From NCBI GenBank assembly GCA_045540295.1, contig JAZQGY010000015.1, positions 523-64,522 on the forward strand: 64,000 bases of DNA, in the 5' to 3' direction. The notes below the pieces were generated by a model, which did no database searches, had not been told where the DNA came from, and saw nothing but the letters and a program-made list of their open reading frames with translations. This DNA is from Clostridia bacterium (GTDB lineage: Bacteria > Bacillota > Clostridia > UMGS1840). Both the position numbers and the translations under genes were made by a program. Below, in pieces: positions 1 to 9,938 of the stretch; position 1 is the first letter of the stretch, and the number at the start of each line of letters is the position of its first letter.

Positions 1-55
1 AATATCCGCACAAGCCTCCCGGCAGTGAGGTCAACATAATCAGGAGGAGAAAATA

Positions 56-682
56 ATGAGTAAAAATGACTATTTAATTCGTTTAGAAAGAAAAGAAGAC
101 TACCCTGTGGTAGAAAATTTGATTCGTGAATCATTTTGGAATGTATACCGCCCCGGATGTATGGAACACTATCTCATAACACAGTTAAGAGAACATTCTG
201 ACTTTGTCAAGGAACTTGATTTCGTTATGGAAAAGGATGGCGAAATTATCGGGCAAAATGTGTTTGTAAAAGCAAATATCAAAGCAGATGACGGAAGAAA
301 TATTCCGATTCTTACAATGGGACCTATTTGCATTACACCAAAGCTTAAAAGACAAGGTTATGGTAAAATTCTGCTTGATTATTCAACCCGGAAAGCTACC
401 GAACTTGGCTTTGGTGCAGTATGCTTTGAAGGTAATATTAACTTCTATAGCAAAAGCGGTTTTACCTTTGCAAGTGAATTTGGACTCCGTTACCATGGTC
501 TACCAGAAGGTGCAGATGCATCCTTCTTCCTGTGTAAGGAGTTAATTCCAGGGTATTTAAGCGGTATCACGGGAGAATACGGACCACCGGAGGTATATCT
601 TTTCCCCGAGGAAGAATCAGAGGAATTTGATAAAAAATTTCCTTATAAAGAAAAACTGAAACTTCCGGGACAACTTTTCTAA
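56..682 (+). CDS. GNAT family N-acetyltransferase
   Basis: 208-aa ORF with a GNAT acetyl-CoA core (RQGYGKILLDYSTRKATELGF). AGGAGGAG lies upstream of the ATG. Confidence 0.8.
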   Translation: MSKNDYLIRLERKEDYPVVENLIRESFWNVYRPGCMEHYLITQLREHSDFVKELDFVMEKDGEIIGQNVFVKANIKADDGRNIPILTMGPICITPKLKRQGYGKILLDYSTRKATELGFGAVCFEGNINFYSKSGFTFASEFGLRYHGLPEGADASFFLCKELIPGYLSGITGEYGPPEVYLFPEEESEEFDKKFPYKEKLKLPGQLF

Positions 683-692
683 AACGAATAAC

Positions 693-742
693 AATGCACC
701 GCTTTGACAAAATTTTGAGTCAAAAGCGGTGCATTTATTTTT
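693..742 (+). terminator. Intrinsic terminator after the GNAT gene
   Basis: Stem AATGCACCGCTTTGAC / GTCAAAAGCGGTGCATT followed by a T-run. Confidence 0.8.
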
Positions 743-872
743 AGAGATAAGTTTCATTGTGAATTGAGAAAAAGTGTAGAGTGGCAAAATTAACCCGGAA
801 TAAACACATATGAAATTACGATGGAACTTTTCTTTTTTGAGAACCCCCTTTATTTAAGTCTTTTTGAGCATA

Positions 873-910
873 GAAAAAGAACCGTAACTTTGTATCAAAA
901 TTACGGTTCT
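873..910 (-). terminator. Intrinsic terminator after tRNA-Ser
   Basis: Stem AGAACCGTAA / TTACGGTTCT. The minus-sense T-run corresponds to the plus-strand A-run at 874-878. Confidence 0.7.
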
Positions 911-914
911 TCTT

Positions 915-1003
915 TGGCGGAGAGGGCGGGATTCGAACCCGCGTGCGGTTGCCCGCAAACTGATTTCGAGTCAGCCCCGTTATGACCACTTCGATACCTC
1001 TCC
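915..1003 (-). tRNA. tRNA-Ser (anticodon CGA), long variable arm, encoded CCA
   Basis: The reverse complement reads GGAGAGGTATCGAAGTGGTCATAACGGGGCTGACTCGAAATCAGTTTGCGGGCAACCGCACGCGGGTTCGAATCCCGCCCTCTCCGCCA. It has a 7-bp acceptor stem, a GTTCGAATC T-loop, anticodon loop CTCGAAA and a class II variable arm. Confidence 0.88.
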
Positions 1004-1068
1004 CCATTAAATCCTTCATAGTTTACCAAATTTTTGAAGAATTGTCAAGCTAATCAAGAATATTTCTT

Positions 1069-1476
1069 CTATTCCACACCATAAGGCCAATCATTGATGC
1101 CGCCAAATTCTTTCACGTTGGTATAGCCTAACTTTACAAGGCTTTCGGAAGCAATTTTACTGCGGCGTCCTGAACGGCAATACACTAAAATCAGCTGGTT
1201 TTTATCGGGTAATTTTTCCGCTGCCTGCGCTTCGATTTCGGTGTGAGGAATTAACACGGCGTTTTTGATATGACCGCTGTCATATTCGTCCTGTGCTCTC
1301 ACATCCACAATGATAGCGTTGGGGTAAGTATCCATCAGTTCTTTCGCCTGCTGGGGTGTAATTTGTTCATACATGATTTTTTCTCCCTGTTCGCTTGTGA
1401 TCGTATTTGTAGAATTTCCGCAAGCAGTTAAGAATATACAAAGACAAGCAATTAGGATACAATATATTTTTTTCAT
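1069..1476 (-). CDS. Rhodanese-domain lipoprotein (sulfurtransferase-like)
   Basis: Signal peptide with lipobox FLTAC. Rhodanese active-site loop VYCRSGRRS. Confidence 0.8.
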   Translation of the reverse strand: MKKIYCILIACLCIFLTACGNSTNTITSEQGEKIMYEQITPQQAKELMDTYPNAIIVDVRAQDEYDSGHIKNAVLIPHTEIEAQAAEKLPDKNQLILVYCRSGRRSKIASESLVKLGYTNVKEFGGINDWPYGVE

Positions 1477-1480
1477 TGGA

Positions 1481-2221
1481 TTATCCCTCCAGTTCTTTCA
1501 TCACTTTTTGAAATACTTCGCCGATATTTTGACGAATAACCAAATTGGCATTACCATCGTATCCGGTTTCTGATTTGTTAATCATCACAAGATACTTGCC
1601 ACCGAAGTACCGCACAAAAGATGCGGCGGGATACACCGCTAAGGAAGTGCCGCCCACGATGAGCATATCGGCGTTTTCAATATGAGAAACGGCAGCTTCG
1701 GTAACCCCGTCGTAAAGACTTTCTCCGTATAACACCACTTTCGGTTTCATCATACCGTTACAATGAGGGCATCTTGGAATTTCTTCCGCTTTAATATCTG
1801 TGAGAACAGCTTGGCTGTCTCCGATTTTTCCGCATAATGCACAAGAAAATCGGGAGGCAGTTCCGTGAAGCTCAATAACGTTTTGGCTACCTGCCCTTTG
1901 GTGCAGGCCATCAATATTTTGGGTAATGACCGCCTTTAGTTTCCCCATTTCTTCCAATTTCGCCAATGCCTTATGGGCACTGTTCGGCTCCACCGCAATG
2001 ATAAAGTATTTCCGGTAAAAATCATAAAAAATATCGGGATGCTGGAAGAAAAAATCGTGGCTCAAAATCACTTCGGGAGGAACACCGTACTCTTTCACGG
2101 TGTGATAAAGACCGTCCTCACTGCGATAATCCTTTACCCCGCTTTCGGTGGACACACCTGCCCCGCCAAAAAACACGATATTATTACATTCTTTTATCAT
2201 GTTGGCAAACTGTTCTATCAT
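1481..2221 (-). CDS. cobB: NAD-dependent protein deacylase (Sir2 family)
   Basis: GAGVSTESG, TQNIDGLH and zinc-ribbon cysteines CALC...CPHC are present. The size is typical for the family. Confidence 0.85.
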   Translation of the reverse strand: MIEQFANMIKECNNIVFFGGAGVSTESGVKDYRSEDGLYHTVKEYGVPPEVILSHDFFFQHPDIFYDFYRKYFIIAVEPNSAHKALAKLEEMGKLKAVITQNIDGLHQRAGSQNVIELHGTASRFSCALCGKIGDSQAVLTDIKAEEIPRCPHCNGMMKPKVVLYGESLYDGVTEAAVSHIENADMLIVGGTSLAVYPAASFVRYFGGKYLVMINKSETGYDGNANLVIRQNIGEVFQKVMKELEG

Positions 2222-2568
2222 CGTTTCTTCCCTTTCTTTTTAGGTTTGGTTAGCTCATAACTGTCCCAAATCATATTTTTGATTTCTTCATTGGGAATAC
2301 TGCCATCCAAAATGATAGAGTTCCAATGGAATTTATTCATATGATAGGCAGGCACCACAGACCGATAAGTATTACGCCACAAATAAGTGAGGTTGGGATC
2401 ACATTTCAAATTCACCCAGATATTGCCCAGATGTTCATAGATTGCTGCAAACATCTTTTCATTTCCTTTGTGACGCATAATCGTCCAATTAAAATCATGG
2501 AAGGGATAATCTTCGTAGGTGTCCAAAAGGGACAGACAAAAGTCTATCACTTCTTGTCTTGTGTTCAT
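2218..2568 (-). CDS. MmcQ/YjbR family DNA-binding protein
   Basis: 116-aa ORF resembling the YjbR fold family. It overlaps both neighbours by 4 nt, consistent with translational coupling. Confidence 0.6.
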   Translation of the reverse strand: MNTRQEVIDFCLSLLDTYEDYPFHDFNWTIMRHKGNEKMFAAIYEHLGNIWVNLKCDPNLTYLWRNTYRSVVPAYHMNKFHWNSIILDGSIPNEEIKNMIWDSYELTKPKKKGKKR

Positions 2569-3935
2569 TTTGTACCTCCGCTAATCTCTTTTAATGCCTT
2601 CTTAAACTGGACTGTAAAGAGTATGGCTGTAAAGGTAACTGCAATCACATCTGCAACGGGTTCCGCCATATAGACCCCTTTTGTTTTGTCTTCCATCAGA
2701 TTTGGCATAATGTAAATCAGCGGAAGGAGTAAAACGAATTTACGCACAACCGCAACCACAATGGAATTTGCCGCTTTGCCAAGGGAAGTGAAGGTCATCT
2801 GGCAGGCAATCTGTATACCAAAGAGTGCCAATCCGCCAAGATAAATTCTTAACATCGGTGCCGCAAACTGCGCAAGAGCTGCATTGGAGGTAAATATTCT
2901 AACAAAAATTTCGGGTACAATCATCACCGCAGCCCACAATGCAACGGAATACGTCAAGCAAGTAATTAAAAGCAAACGGAAGGTTTTCTTCACTCTGTAC
3001 GCGTTTTTCGCACCAAAGTTGTAGCTTGTAATCGGCTGAGCGCCTTGTGCGATTCCCTGCAACGGTAACATTGCAAACTGCATCACACTTGTCATAATAG
3101 TCATGGCACCAACTGCAATATCTCCGCCATATTGAAGCAGCGAAGAATTAAAACAAACGGAAATGACGCTTTCGCTGGACTGCATCACAAATGCTGCTGT
3201 TCCCAGTGCGATACAAGGCAGAATAACGCTTAAGCGAAGTTTTAAGTTTTCTTTTCTGATTTTCAACTGTGTCTTTTTGCCGCAGAGGAAAGAGATAATC
3301 CATGCACAGGAAAGCATCTGCGAAATAATAGTCGCAAGTGCCGCACCTTTTACTCCCATTCCAAATCCAAAAATAAATATAGGATCAAGCACAATGTTGC
3401 ATACCGCACCGATAATCACCGAAACCATAGATATCGTGGTAAAACCCTGTGCCGTAATGAAGGTATTCATCCCCAAGGTCATCTGCACAAACAAAGTGCC
3501 AAGTGCATATATGCTCATATAGTCGGTTGCATAGCCAATTGTGTTTTCACTGGCACCAAAAGCAAGGAGCAGGTCCTTGTTCCAGACAAGTAAAACGACG
3601 GTCAGCACAACCGACACAACAATCTGCAAACTAAAACAGTTTCCAAGAGTCTTTTCAGCAGACTCGGTATCCTTTTCGCCCATAAAGATAGAGGCTCTCG
3701 GTGCACCGCCTGAGCTTACAAGAGCTGCAAAAGCTGAAACAAGCATAATTATCGGCATACAAACACCAACACCTGTGAGTGCTAAACTGCCATCACCGGG
3801 CATATGACCGATGTAGATACGGTCTACAATATTGTATAGCATATTGATAAGCTGCGCCACAACCGTCGGAATAGACAACTTAAACAAAAGCTTACCGATA
3901 GGCTCCGTCATCAAAAATTCTTTTTTATTATCCAT
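2565..3935 (-). CDS. MATE family efflux transporter
   Basis: 456-aa polytopic ORF with a MATE-like N-terminus (PTVVAQLINMLYNIVDRIYIGH). Confidence 0.85.
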   Translation of the reverse strand: MDNKKEFLMTEPIGKLLFKLSIPTVVAQLINMLYNIVDRIYIGHMPGDGSLALTGVGVCMPIIMLVSAFAALVSSGGAPRASIFMGEKDTESAEKTLGNCFSLQIVVSVVLTVVLLVWNKDLLLAFGASENTIGYATDYMSIYALGTLFVQMTLGMNTFITAQGFTTISMVSVIIGAVCNIVLDPIFIFGFGMGVKGAALATIISQMLSCAWIISFLCGKKTQLKIRKENLKLRLSVILPCIALGTAAFVMQSSESVISVCFNSSLLQYGGDIAVGAMTIMTSVMQFAMLPLQGIAQGAQPITSYNFGAKNAYRVKKTFRLLLITCLTYSVALWAAVMIVPEIFVRIFTSNAALAQFAAPMLRIYLGGLALFGIQIACQMTFTSLGKAANSIVVAVVRKFVLLLPLIYIMPNLMEDKTKGVYMAEPVADVIAVTFTAILFTVQFKKALKEISGGTK

Positions 3936-3948
3936 TTGATAAAATACC

Positions 3949-4647
3949 TTATTTTCGTATATAATTCAACCACAAAACGTCTTCGTATTGCTTGGTTTCC
4001 TGTAATTTGAAGTCCTCTGATAAGCTATCCATAAACAACGGCTTATCATCTGCTTCTGCCACAATCGGTGCAACAACAAGACTCAGTTCATCAATGACGG
4101 CAGCACGGTTAAAATAACCGTTCACAATGCTTCCGCCCTCTAATAAAATTTTTTGAATTCCCAAAAAATTGCTCAGTTTTTCTAACGCCATAGCAACATC
4201 AATTTCGGTTTCTCCCGCAAATATATACGGAATCCCCAAATCACGCAAATAAGCAAGATACCGTCCATCTGCCTGATGGGTTAACACCTCCACAATCTGT
4301 GCACCGCCATAACCCGGGTCTTCATCCACAATCTTAGCTTCCTGCCAGCCAAGTTTTCCCTTGGGATCAAAGCTAATAGCATAGAATCCCGATAAATTAT
4401 CCGGAATAAAATCGTCTTGGTTACCGATAGACTCATACCCTGTTAAATCGGGATACCAGCCACCGGTAAAGCTGCCTTCCATGGTCACACGACCGCAAAG
4501 AAAACCGTTGGCACCGTTTTGGTTATACGTTCGGTTTAATTCGTAATACACATCTGTTGCCGCTTCACATTCGGGACGGGACAAAAAGTCCCCGGTCACC
4601 TTGCCGTCAATGGATGTTACCATATGACAAATGATATAAGGTCTCAT
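3949..4647 (-). CDS. RibD C-terminal domain / dihydrofolate reductase-family protein
   Basis: MRPYIICHMVTSIDGKVTG plus a C-terminal LLEGGSIVNG motif. I moved the start to ATG 4647, which sits behind GGAGGA; the track ORF extends to 4692. Confidence 0.7.
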   Translation of the reverse strand: MRPYIICHMVTSIDGKVTGDFLSRPECEAATDVYYELNRTYNQNGANGFLCGRVTMEGSFTGGWYPDLTGYESIGNQDDFIPDNLSGFYAISFDPKGKLGWQEAKIVDEDPGYGGAQIVEVLTHQADGRYLAYLRDLGIPYIFAGETEIDVAMALEKLSNFLGIQKILLEGGSIVNGYFNRAAVIDELSLVVAPIVAEADDKPLFMDSLSEDFKLQETKQYEDVLWLNYIRK

Positions 4648-4708
4648 CAGTTGATTCCTCCATTGGATTTCAAAAATAGTGGGAAAAAGCACCGTGATGG
4701 TGCTTTTT

Positions 4709-5308
4709 TTACGGTTTATTGGATTTTAGCGAATGTTCCACCAATCCGTGACGGTTGCAATAAGAATACAGCTTTCCGCCATACATCCTCGGGATGCGGA
4801 CCGCTCCGTCCTGCTCGGGATATAGCCGTACGGTGAGTATTCTGTCAAACCGCACATAAGACACGAAAGAAATATAGTGTTCCTTGGTCATAGGATGATG
4901 AAATTCTATATAAAACTCGTCATCCGGTTGGGTAATGCGGATTTCGTGGTCGCTATCTACCTTTTTTGGAACAAGTGCTTCCAACGGTTTTCCGCAACAC
5001 ACAATCTGACTGTTTGCCGTTCCCGTAAGAAAGCTTCCACAGGTGGGACACACATAAAATTTAGTTTTTTTCATATTGCCCGATTCTCCTCTGCCAATTT
5101 TTAATTTGCCCGATAACAGTGTTTGCTCACTGACACCGAGAATCTCTGCCAGAGAAGACACGGTGGCAACATCGGGGAATCCGTGTCCTGTTTCCCATTT
5201 GGAAACAGTTTTGGGAGTAATTCCGAGCTTGTCTGCAATCTCTTTCTGAGTTAGCCCTTTCTGTTTGCGGAGAGTTGCCAGTAACATTCCTGTTTTTTGT
5301 AAATCCAT
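4709..5308 (-). CDS. XRE-family HTH fused to a complete desulfoferrodoxin (desulforedoxin-like CxxC..CC domain plus superoxide-reductase domain)
   Basis: N-terminus LTQKEIADKLGITPKTVSKWETG is an XRE HTH. Next comes YVCPTCG..VCCGKPL, the Dx centre. The SOR ligand motifs follow: HHPMTKEHYI and YCNRHGL. Confidence 0.75.
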   Translation of the reverse strand: MDLQKTGMLLATLRKQKGLTQKEIADKLGITPKTVSKWETGHGFPDVATVSSLAEILGVSEQTLLSGKLKIGRGESGNMKKTKFYVCPTCGSFLTGTANSQIVCCGKPLEALVPKKVDSDHEIRITQPDDEFYIEFHHPMTKEHYISFVSYVRFDRILTVRLYPEQDGAVRIPRMYGGKLYSYCNRHGLVEHSLKSNKP

Positions 5309-5522
5309 ATCTTTTGATCACCTCTTATATAAGATTGTATCAAAAAATTACAGAAAAAGCAATCCACCATCCGTTGACACCAGGCACAACAATTGAGTGT
5401 GTACCGTCTAACCATAGGTATCAAAGCTCATAACATTCCCCTTGGTATTTTATCACCAAATTTACAACCCCGAAAGCGCAATTTTGCTCTTTCGGGGTTG
5501 CCCCTGATTAGCCTTTTATCAT

Positions 5523-5867
5523 TTACTTTTTAATGTATGTTACATACTCACCGAAGCTATCTTCGATTGACAATACATTGTCCTTAATTGTGTATTGATA
5601 GGTGCTCGGCTCGGTTGCAGTTTCATAATGAAGGGTTACAGCCTTGCCATCATCCTCATAGGTAAATTTCATTTCACCGGCTACAAAATAATAGGAACCG
5701 GTTCCGTCTTCGTTAAAGGTATAATACATATCTGAGGAATCCTCATATACCCATTTCCCCACAATGGGAGCTGCGTTTGAGACTTCCTTCTGCGAGCACG
5801 CTGTAAATGCCAGCAGCAGCGCACTTAAACATAAAACCGATACCAAAATTCTGAGTACTCTTTTCAT
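5523..5867 (-). CDS. Small lipoprotein (lipocalin-like, DUF5640-type)
   Basis: Lipobox FTAC. GKWVYED....YTFNEDGTGSYY motif. Confidence 0.6.
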   Translation of the reverse strand: MKRVLRILVSVLCLSALLLAFTACSQKEVSNAAPIVGKWVYEDSSDMYYTFNEDGTGSYYFVAGEMKFTYEDDGKAVTLHYETATEPSTYQYTIKDNVLSIEDSFGEYVTYIKK

Positions 5868-5982
5868 ATCACATTCTCCTTTATTGAATTAAAATCAATG
5901 ATAAACAAATATAGTAAGCGTTTTTGTTTGAAAGGCAAATCAGGTGTAATATTGAATTGTGAGGTCAACTCAGCAACATTGT

Positions 5983-7305
5983 TTACGCTTTATCGTTTTC
6001 GTCAAACAAGTCGCCACATTCCGGGCAGAATTTGGGAGGATTCATGGGGTCTTCAGGAGTCCAGCCACATTTGTCACATTTGTATAACGGTGCATCAGAA
6101 GGCTTTTTTGCGCCACAATTCTGGCAGAATTTGCCCTGATTTACCGCTCCGCAGGAACAGGTCCAGCCGCTTGCCGCAGGCTGAGCTTTTCCGCAGTTTG
6201 TGCAGAATTTACCGGTGTTTTGGGCACCGCATTCGCATTTCCAGCCACCTTGAGAAGTCACACCGCCAACCTGTTGGTTTACCATAGTGTTCTGCTGATT
6301 CTGAGAGTTGCCCACAAAGCCTGCCATGCTACCCATCATATTTCCTGCCATGCCCATACCCATAAAGCCCATTGCTGCACCTGCCTCGTTTGCTGCAGCA
6401 GTGTTCATTGCCTGAGCGGTGGCGCCTGCCATATGACCCCGTAACATACTGTCATCTCTACCCATAGCAGTGGAACGCTGATATTCCAAAATTCTTGCTT
6501 CATCTTCTTCGGTAGCGTTGACGGAAGAAACGCCGAATTCCACGATTTCAATGCCCCGTCTGTCACGCCATTTGGAAGATAACAGCTCGTTTAATTCGTC
6601 CGCCAGCTGCATGGTGTATGCAGGGATGGCTGCATAATAAATATTATTCTGAGAAATCTTGAACATTGCCGGATTTAGTGCAGTCAACAGTTCAGATTTT
6701 AGCTGTCCGTCAATTTCGTCACGGGTGAAGGCATAATCCACATTGGCACACACATTGGTGTAAAAGAGCAACGGATTGGTAATCCGATAGGAATATTCCC
6801 CATGGCAACGGATTTTAATATCCAAGGGGAATCCGATTGCCTGGTCCATAATCCGAAACGGGATGGGAGAGGGCGTGCCATATTTATTGCCCATAATTTC
6901 CTTGGTATTAAAGAAGTATACCCGCTGATCTTTGGCAGGTTCGCCGCCAAAGGCAAATCGTTTACCGATTTCAGAGAAGGATTTTTTGATGTTTTCTCCT
7001 AATTTTCCGTAGAAAATGCTGGGTTCAGTCTGATTATCGTATACAAATTCGCCGGGCTCTGCGCACACTTCCACCACTTTACCGGATTCCACAATCATCA
7101 TACACTGCCCTTCATTGACGTTGATGATGGAACCGTTGGAAATAATGTTATCGGTGCCTTTGGTATTGGAGGAACGGCCTCCTGCTTTCTTTTCGCCTTT
7201 TACCACCAAAGTATCGGCATCCATACTGTCACAATAGAAATAATCACGCCATTGGTCCGCTAAAACGCCGCCCAGCGCACCAAATCCTGCTTTTAATAAG
7301 CCCAT
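5983..7305 (-). CDS. SPFH-domain protein (YdjI-like) with a Gly/Met-rich linker and three C-terminal zinc ribbons
   Basis: N-terminus MGLLKAGFGALGGVLADQWRDYFYCD is typical of YdjI-type SPFH proteins. The tail carries WKCECGAQNTGKFCTNCG, WTCSCGAVNQGKFCQNCG and YKCDKCG..FCPECG. Confidence 0.75.
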   Translation of the reverse strand: MGLLKAGFGALGGVLADQWRDYFYCDSMDADTLVVKGEKKAGGRSSNTKGTDNIISNGSIINVNEGQCMMIVESGKVVEVCAEPGEFVYDNQTEPSIFYGKLGENIKKSFSEIGKRFAFGGEPAKDQRVYFFNTKEIMGNKYGTPSPIPFRIMDQAIGFPLDIKIRCHGEYSYRITNPLLFYTNVCANVDYAFTRDEIDGQLKSELLTALNPAMFKISQNNIYYAAIPAYTMQLADELNELLSSKWRDRRGIEIVEFGVSSVNATEEDEARILEYQRSTAMGRDDSMLRGHMAGATAQAMNTAAANEAGAAMGFMGMGMAGNMMGSMAGFVGNSQNQQNTMVNQQVGGVTSQGGWKCECGAQNTGKFCTNCGKAQPAASGWTCSCGAVNQGKFCQNCGAKKPSDAPLYKCDKCGWTPEDPMNPPKFCPECGDLFDENDKA

Positions 7306-7355
7306 AAGTATTCTCCTTTACATATATGAATCTTGGTAGTATCTACCAACCTGTT

Positions 7356-8528
7356 TTAGCCTTTGGGTAATTCCACGCGGGTTTCGTTGAAAATAATACG
7401 AACCACGATGGCAGCTGCTTCGCTTCGCTTAATCGGGTCAAAAGGATGGAAGCTCATGGTGGTGTCTCCCACGGCCACGCCACGGTCATACAGCTCTAAA
7501 ATTTCGATGGCGAAGGGAGTATTTTCATCCACGTCGGGAATATCGGTAATGGGAACTTCGTTAGGATAGAAGTTGGTGGCATCTGCACGGCAGAATAGAT
7601 ATGCCATCTGTGCACGGGTGATGGGAGCCTCCCAATCAAACATCATGCCTTCTTCTATTACATAATGTTCATAGCAATAGTCCACATAGGGAGCATACCA
7701 GGGACCGGTGGTTTGTTTATCAATGGTCTGTCCGTTGAACATTGCAGCAATACTTGCCGCAATTTTGGCAGCTTCTCCGCAGGTCATGGTAGCATTGGGG
7801 TCAAAGGTTTCCGCACCTTTCCCGTTTAAAATGCCCACATTATATGCCACATCTACATACTGATTAAACCAATCGGCATTTGTTACATCAGTGAAAGGAT
7901 GTCCCAACAGTCCCGGATATCTGGTTTCGGCGTAACCGCAGCCAAGACAAACCGAAACAGGAAGCTGATAATCTCCTCGCTGCTCCACGGTATCTTCCGA
8001 AACCCAATGAATCAGCTCCACGGAAAAGTCCCAGTCTCCTTTCGCCTCATAGAAGGCATTGTGAAATGCTTCCACATCGGTGGTGCAATAAATATGCGCC
8101 GTAATATAGGGGGTATTGTAAAACGCTTTTTCGCCAAAAGCGGGAATAGAATCTCTGTCAAAGAAAAAGATTTCGGATAAGTTTTCGCAGTTCATAAAGG
8201 CACTGTCACCAATTTCGGTAACTGTGGGTGCAAAATCTACAGAATCCAGATTAGAACCCTCAAAAGCGCTATTACCAACGGTGGTTACACCCGGTTCCAT
8301 ATAAACACTTTCCAGTCCTAAATCAAAAAATGCTTTTTCGCCAATGGAGGTAACGGGAACCCCGTCCACCTCGGAAGGGATATATACAAAGCTTTCGCCA
8401 AAGTAGGAAGTGATTTCGCCTTGGGGAGTGATTTCAAACTCAATCGGTAAGTATTCCTCTGAAAACACACTGCCTGCCATAGAAACCATTAAAATCACTG
8501 CAAGTATCAGGGAAAGAATTTTTTTCAT
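7356..8528 (-). CDS. Secreted BspA-type leucine-rich-repeat protein with C-terminal SLH-like repeats
   Basis: Signal peptide present. LRR_5-like repeats (IGEKAFF.., VGNSAFEG.., IGDSAFMNC..). SLH-like segments (FTDV..W...V..A...GILNG....F.P). Confidence 0.6.
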   Translation of the reverse strand: MKKILSLILAVILMVSMAGSVFSEEYLPIEFEITPQGEITSYFGESFVYIPSEVDGVPVTSIGEKAFFDLGLESVYMEPGVTTVGNSAFEGSNLDSVDFAPTVTEIGDSAFMNCENLSEIFFFDRDSIPAFGEKAFYNTPYITAHIYCTTDVEAFHNAFYEAKGDWDFSVELIHWVSEDTVEQRGDYQLPVSVCLGCGYAETRYPGLLGHPFTDVTNADWFNQYVDVAYNVGILNGKGAETFDPNATMTCGEAAKIAASIAAMFNGQTIDKQTTGPWYAPYVDYCYEHYVIEEGMMFDWEAPITRAQMAYLFCRADATNFYPNEVPITDIPDVDENTPFAIEILELYDRGVAVGDTTMSFHPFDPIKRSEAAAIVVRIIFNETRVELPKG

Positions 8529-8676
8529 ATGAAAAACGCCTCCTTTTATTTGTTTGTTTTAAGAAACATCAAAATAAGGTCATAAAATCGAATCGTTATC
8601 AGGGTATGGGTCTGCCGCCGCAATATTGCGGCGGCAGATTCAATCATTTCATTGTTAATCATCAATGAGAAAAATA

Positions 8677-9390
8677 TTAGTCGATTTTTTCGCAGGTAAA
8701 GTAGAAGCCGTTGTCTTCTGCGTCATAGTAGCTAGCTCTTAATTCGCCGTCTTCCATATCCCAGGTAAGGTCACATGCGCTTTCTTCCAGGTAGCCGAAG
8801 GTGTCCATCATAACCCATCTTTCTTCAGGATAGAAGTCGTCACCAATCATAATGTTTGCGGTGCCGTCTGCTAAAAATTCCATAGTTAACGCATCCGCAG
8901 GAATCTGGTCGGAAACATCTTCATCCAATACATTCAATACTTCATAAGACTGCCAGGTACCAACCACTGCCTGGAGCTCTTCCGGCATAAACTGAGTAGG
9001 ATCATAAGAGGTGTCCCCTTCTTTTACCATGTAAACATTAATGCCGAAATCCATAATATTTTCCAAATAAAGCACATTGTCGGTCAGAACAGCGGTATTG
9101 GTGATGTCTAAGGCGGGTTCTTTGAAGGTTAAGGTATCACCGGATACGGTGCCGGTTGCTTCTAATGTTTCTCCGTCAATAGAAAGAGCAACTTTTCCGT
9201 TTTCTGCAACTTTCATAGTATATGCAGCAGCTTCTTCTGCAGTCATGGTGATGTCAAAAACATCACCGCCAACGCCAACCCAGTCGCCGACAAACTTTTC
9301 ATCCAGTTTGGTGGTTGCTTTGTTGCCGCCACAAGCAGCTAAAGATAATACCATCACCATTGCCAATAAGAGTGTAAGTAGTTTTTTCAT
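8677..9390 (-). CDS. Lipoprotein, unknown function
   Basis: Lipobox LAAC. Internal duplication of a GDWVG / GTWQS beta-rich module. Resembles the 5523 and 13911 lipoproteins. Confidence 0.6.
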   Translation of the reverse strand: MKKLLTLLLAMVMVLSLAACGGNKATTKLDEKFVGDWVGVGGDVFDITMTAEEAAAYTMKVAENGKVALSIDGETLEATGTVSGDTLTFKEPALDITNTAVLTDNVLYLENIMDFGINVYMVKEGDTSYDPTQFMPEELQAVVGTWQSYEVLNVLDEDVSDQIPADALTMEFLADGTANIMIGDDFYPEERWVMMDTFGYLEESACDLTWDMEDGELRASYYDAEDNGFYFTCEKID

Positions 9391-9460
9391 GATTCTTTCT
9401 CCCTTTTTTCACAATTTGATTGTAACATATTTTTCTAAAAAAATCAATCAGTTTTTAGAA

Positions 9461-9892
9461 TTACTGGTTCACGCTTAATCCTAAATTTGCAGAGGAGGAC
9501 GCATACAGAGTCCAATTGCCGTCTTTTTCCTGAAAGATTGCTGCAAACCAAGCGGTGGAATCGTCGGATGCTTTCCAGATATAGGTTCTCTGGTTTTGGT
9601 CTTCATTGTACTGATATTCGTTAGCATCCACACCGATATAGGCTTTGAAGTCACCGTAGGTTCTCGTATCATTGGAATATGCGAACATGGTGCCGCCTTC
9701 CAGATATTCTTCCGCAGTTTTCTTTAGCACTTCCACTGTAGCCATTTCTTCTCCCATGGTCTGAGCACCTTCCTTGGTTAAGTCAATTCCAAAGGAAGAG
9801 CCGTCTTCAGGAGCTTTGGTTGCCGGAGCGCCACAAGCCGCCAAAGACAGAGCCATTACAACAACTAACAATAATGCAACTAATTTTTTCAT
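9461..9892 (-). CDS. Lipoprotein, unknown function
   Basis: Lipobox LAAC; 143 aa. Confidence 0.55.
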   Translation of the reverse strand: MKKLVALLLVVVMALSLAACGAPATKAPEDGSSFGIDLTKEGAQTMGEEMATVEVLKKTAEEYLEGGTMFAYSNDTRTYGDFKAYIGVDANEYQYNEDQNQRTYIWKASDDSTAWFAAIFQEKDGNWTLYASSSANLGLSVNQ

Positions 9893-9938
9893 ACTGTTTC
9901 CTTCTTTCTAAAAAAATTAGTCTATTTTATTTTTTTCT

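Noticed and set aside
288-545. Numerous 60-140 aa ORFs in the track lie inside or antisense to strong genes. Examples are 288-545, 1973-2260, 3163-3522, 6220-6444, 10950-11543, 21109-21489, 23929-24309, 55407-55808, 60549-60965 and 62367-62827.
   Set aside because: They overlap well-supported genes in other frames, lack Shine-Dalgarno sequences, and have skewed low-complexity compositions typical of shadow ORFs.
816-1019. A 67-aa ORF on the minus strand.
   Set aside because: It is fully explained by tRNA-Ser (915-1003) and its terminator. The 'protein' is a translation of the tRNA.
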